Shown in pieces: positions 62,476 through 64,000 of a stretch of 64,000 bases of DNA (positions within the stretch are counted from its first letter, which is position 1; each line of letters begins with the position of its first letter). The notes below the pieces were generated by a model. It was not told the DNA's origin, ran no database searches, and worked only from the letters and a program-made list of their open reading frames with translations. The translations under genes were made by a program, and so were the position numbers. This DNA is from a virus. The stretch covers positions 64,001 through 128,000 of the IMG/VR virus record IMGVR_UViG_3300025660_000003. The stretch is one strand, 5' to 3'.

Positions 62476-64000
62476 ATGCAAGGACTGTTCGACATCCTCG
62501 ATGACCGGAAGCAGATCGAGTTCCAGCCCTGGATGGAATCGGGGGACTTCAACTTCATCCTGGTGACCCCCGAGAACATCGGGGAGTGCATCGACGCCTG
62601 CATCAACGGGGTGAACGGGCGCTTCGCCCTCGACCTGGAGACGACGGGCATCGACAACCGGGTGGACCGGGCCACCAAGTCCACCAAGGACAAGATCGTC
62701 GGCGTCTGCCTCTCCGGGGACGGGATCACGGGCTGGTACATCCCGCTGTTCCACAAGGTAGGCGAGGAGCACAACGTCCCGTGGTCGGTCTTCGAGCCAG
62801 AGTTCCGGCGGCTGATGGCTGCGGTGGACGCCAACGAGGCCGTGGCGATCTTCCACAACGGCAAGTTCGACATGGAGTTCCTGGAGTTCCATGGCGGCGA
62901 GCCCTTCGGCAAGTGGGACGGCGTGGCCCGCTGGGAGGACACGCTCATCCTCGCCTACCTGCGGCACAGCCGGTCCCGCCGCAAGGGGCTGAAGCCGCTC
63001 TCAGAGGCCCCGACCGACGCGGACAACTCCCACGCCTGCGGTGGCCCCGGTCTCGGCATGAAGATGCTGGAGCTGAAGGACCTCTTCCCAGATGACCACC
63101 CCAAGTCGAAGTACGACTACTCGCTGGTGGACCCCTCGGCGAAGGGGCCGCTCATCTACGGCTGCTCCGACGCGATCTGCACCTACCTGCTGTGCGACCT
63201 GCTGCTGCCGGAGATCGTCAGCCCGAAGGACGGCTTCAGCCAGCTCCAGATCTACCGCGTCGAGAAGGCGTGCGTGATCTCCTGTCGCTGGATGGAGCGC
63301 AACCTCATCCCGACGAGCCCCGAGAAGGTCATGGAGCTGATCAAGCTCGGCCAGCAGGAGTGGTTCGACTCGATCATGGAGGTCTACCGGGCCGCCAGTG
63401 AGATCCTCGACCGTGACGTGATGCCCGGCTACTACAAGGTGCTGCGGGACAACTGGGTCCACGACGACCCGCTCAACCTGCTGCCTGATCAGGTGCTCCG
63501 GGCCAAGAGCCTTCAGGACCGCTTCTACCCGAACCCGGTCGGCAAGGCGGACACGCGGGGCGAGGTGTGGCCTCTCATCTACGACGTGAACGCCCCCCAG
63601 AAGCTCGGGATGATGTTCGATGAGATGGGCGTCCCGAACCTGGTCCGCACGGAGAAGTCCGGCCAGGTGAAGACCAGCAAGGACGTGCTGGAAGGGGTCA
63701 TCAAGAGCGCAGAGGGCCGGTTCCCGTTCATGGGGCTCATCAAGCGGTTCCGCGAGACCAACAAGGCCCTGACGAACTACCTGTTCCCGATGCTGGAAGA
63801 CGTTGACCCCAACGACTTCACGATGCGGATCAACTTCAACGGCCACAAGGTAGACACCGGCCGCTTCTCGACACCGGCAAAGGGTCGGGAGCTGGCGTCG
63901 GCCCGGACGAAGCGCATCGCGGGCTGGCCCGCCATCAACCTCCAGTCGATGCCCGCCACCTACGACCCCCGCCGCCCGGCCTGCATGACCCGGCTCCGGG
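62476..64000 (+). CDS. polA: Family A DNA polymerase (3'-5' exonuclease plus start of polymerase domain), 3'-truncated
   Basis: FALDLETTG (Exo I), FHNGKFD (Exo II), YGCSDA (Exo III), DTGRFS, INLQSMP; open to the window end. Confidence 0.9.
   Translation, partial: MQGLFDILDDRKQIEFQPWMESGDFNFILVTPENIGECIDACINGVNGRFALDLETTGIDNRVDRATKSTKDKIVGVCLSGDGITGWYIPLFHKVGEEHNVPWSVFEPEFRRLMAAVDANEAVAIFHNGKFDMEFLEFHGGEPFGKWDGVARWEDTLILAYLRHSRSRRKGLKPLSEAPTDADNSHACGGPGLGMKMLELKDLFPDDHPKSKYDYSLVDPSAKGPLIYGCSDAICTYLLCDLLLPEIVSPKDGFSQLQIYRVEKACVISCRWMERNLIPTSPEKVMELIKLGQQEWFDSIMEVYRAASEILDRDVMPGYYKVLRDNWVHDDPLNLLPDQVLRAKSLQDRFYPNPVGKADTRGEVWPLIYDVNAPQKLGMMFDEMGVPNLVRTEKSGQVKTSKDVLEGVIKSAEGRFPFMGLIKRFRETNKALTNYLFPMLEDVDPNDFTMRINFNGHKVDTGRFSTPAKGRELASARTKRIAGWPAINLQSMPATYDPRRPACMTRLR

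Larger units (their letters stand above)
1..64000. mobile_element. Segment of a large tailed bacteriophage genome (contractile-tail/jumbo-like)
   Basis: Baseplate-J-like and multiple 1000-2100 aa virion-type genes, phage replication genes, many small ORFans, homing endonucleases and an intein; no host housekeeping operons. Confidence 0.9.

Noticed and set aside
1-64000. tRNA, rRNA or group I/II intron
   Set aside because: No cloverleaf or conserved RNA signature seen by eye and there is little intergenic space; a covariance-model search was not run

Overview
A GC-rich, densely coding segment of a large tailed dsDNA phage genome, probably a myovirus or jumbo phage, using the standard genetic code. 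1-33.6 kb (+) is a baseplate/tail/fibre module of very large virion proteins, ending in a SAP-domain gene, a membrane protein and a convergent terminator. 33.7-40 kb and 49.3-61.3 kb are accessory regions of small genes (WGR, DUF6011-like, HAD phosphatases, PNKP, OGFr-like, metallophosphoesterase, a ZCCHC4/N6AMT2-like methyltransferase). These regions carry 11 copies of a fixed-spacing bipartite motif, GGGCTCAGA-N14-(C/A)GTAGT. 40.2-44.6 kb and 61.3-64 kb are replication genes (SNF2 helicase, degenerate DnaC-like loader, DnaB, primase Zn finger, family A polymerase). The most unusual locus is 44.6-49.3 kb, where a beta-class DNA amino-methyltransferase is broken into pieces in scrambled order. 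One piece is duplicated. An antisense Vsr-like endonuclease lies between the halves. A 14-nt stop-containing insert follows the catalytic DPPY motif. An intein carries its HNH endonuclease in a second, overlapping reading frame. All family assignments come from motif recognition by eye; no database searches were run.
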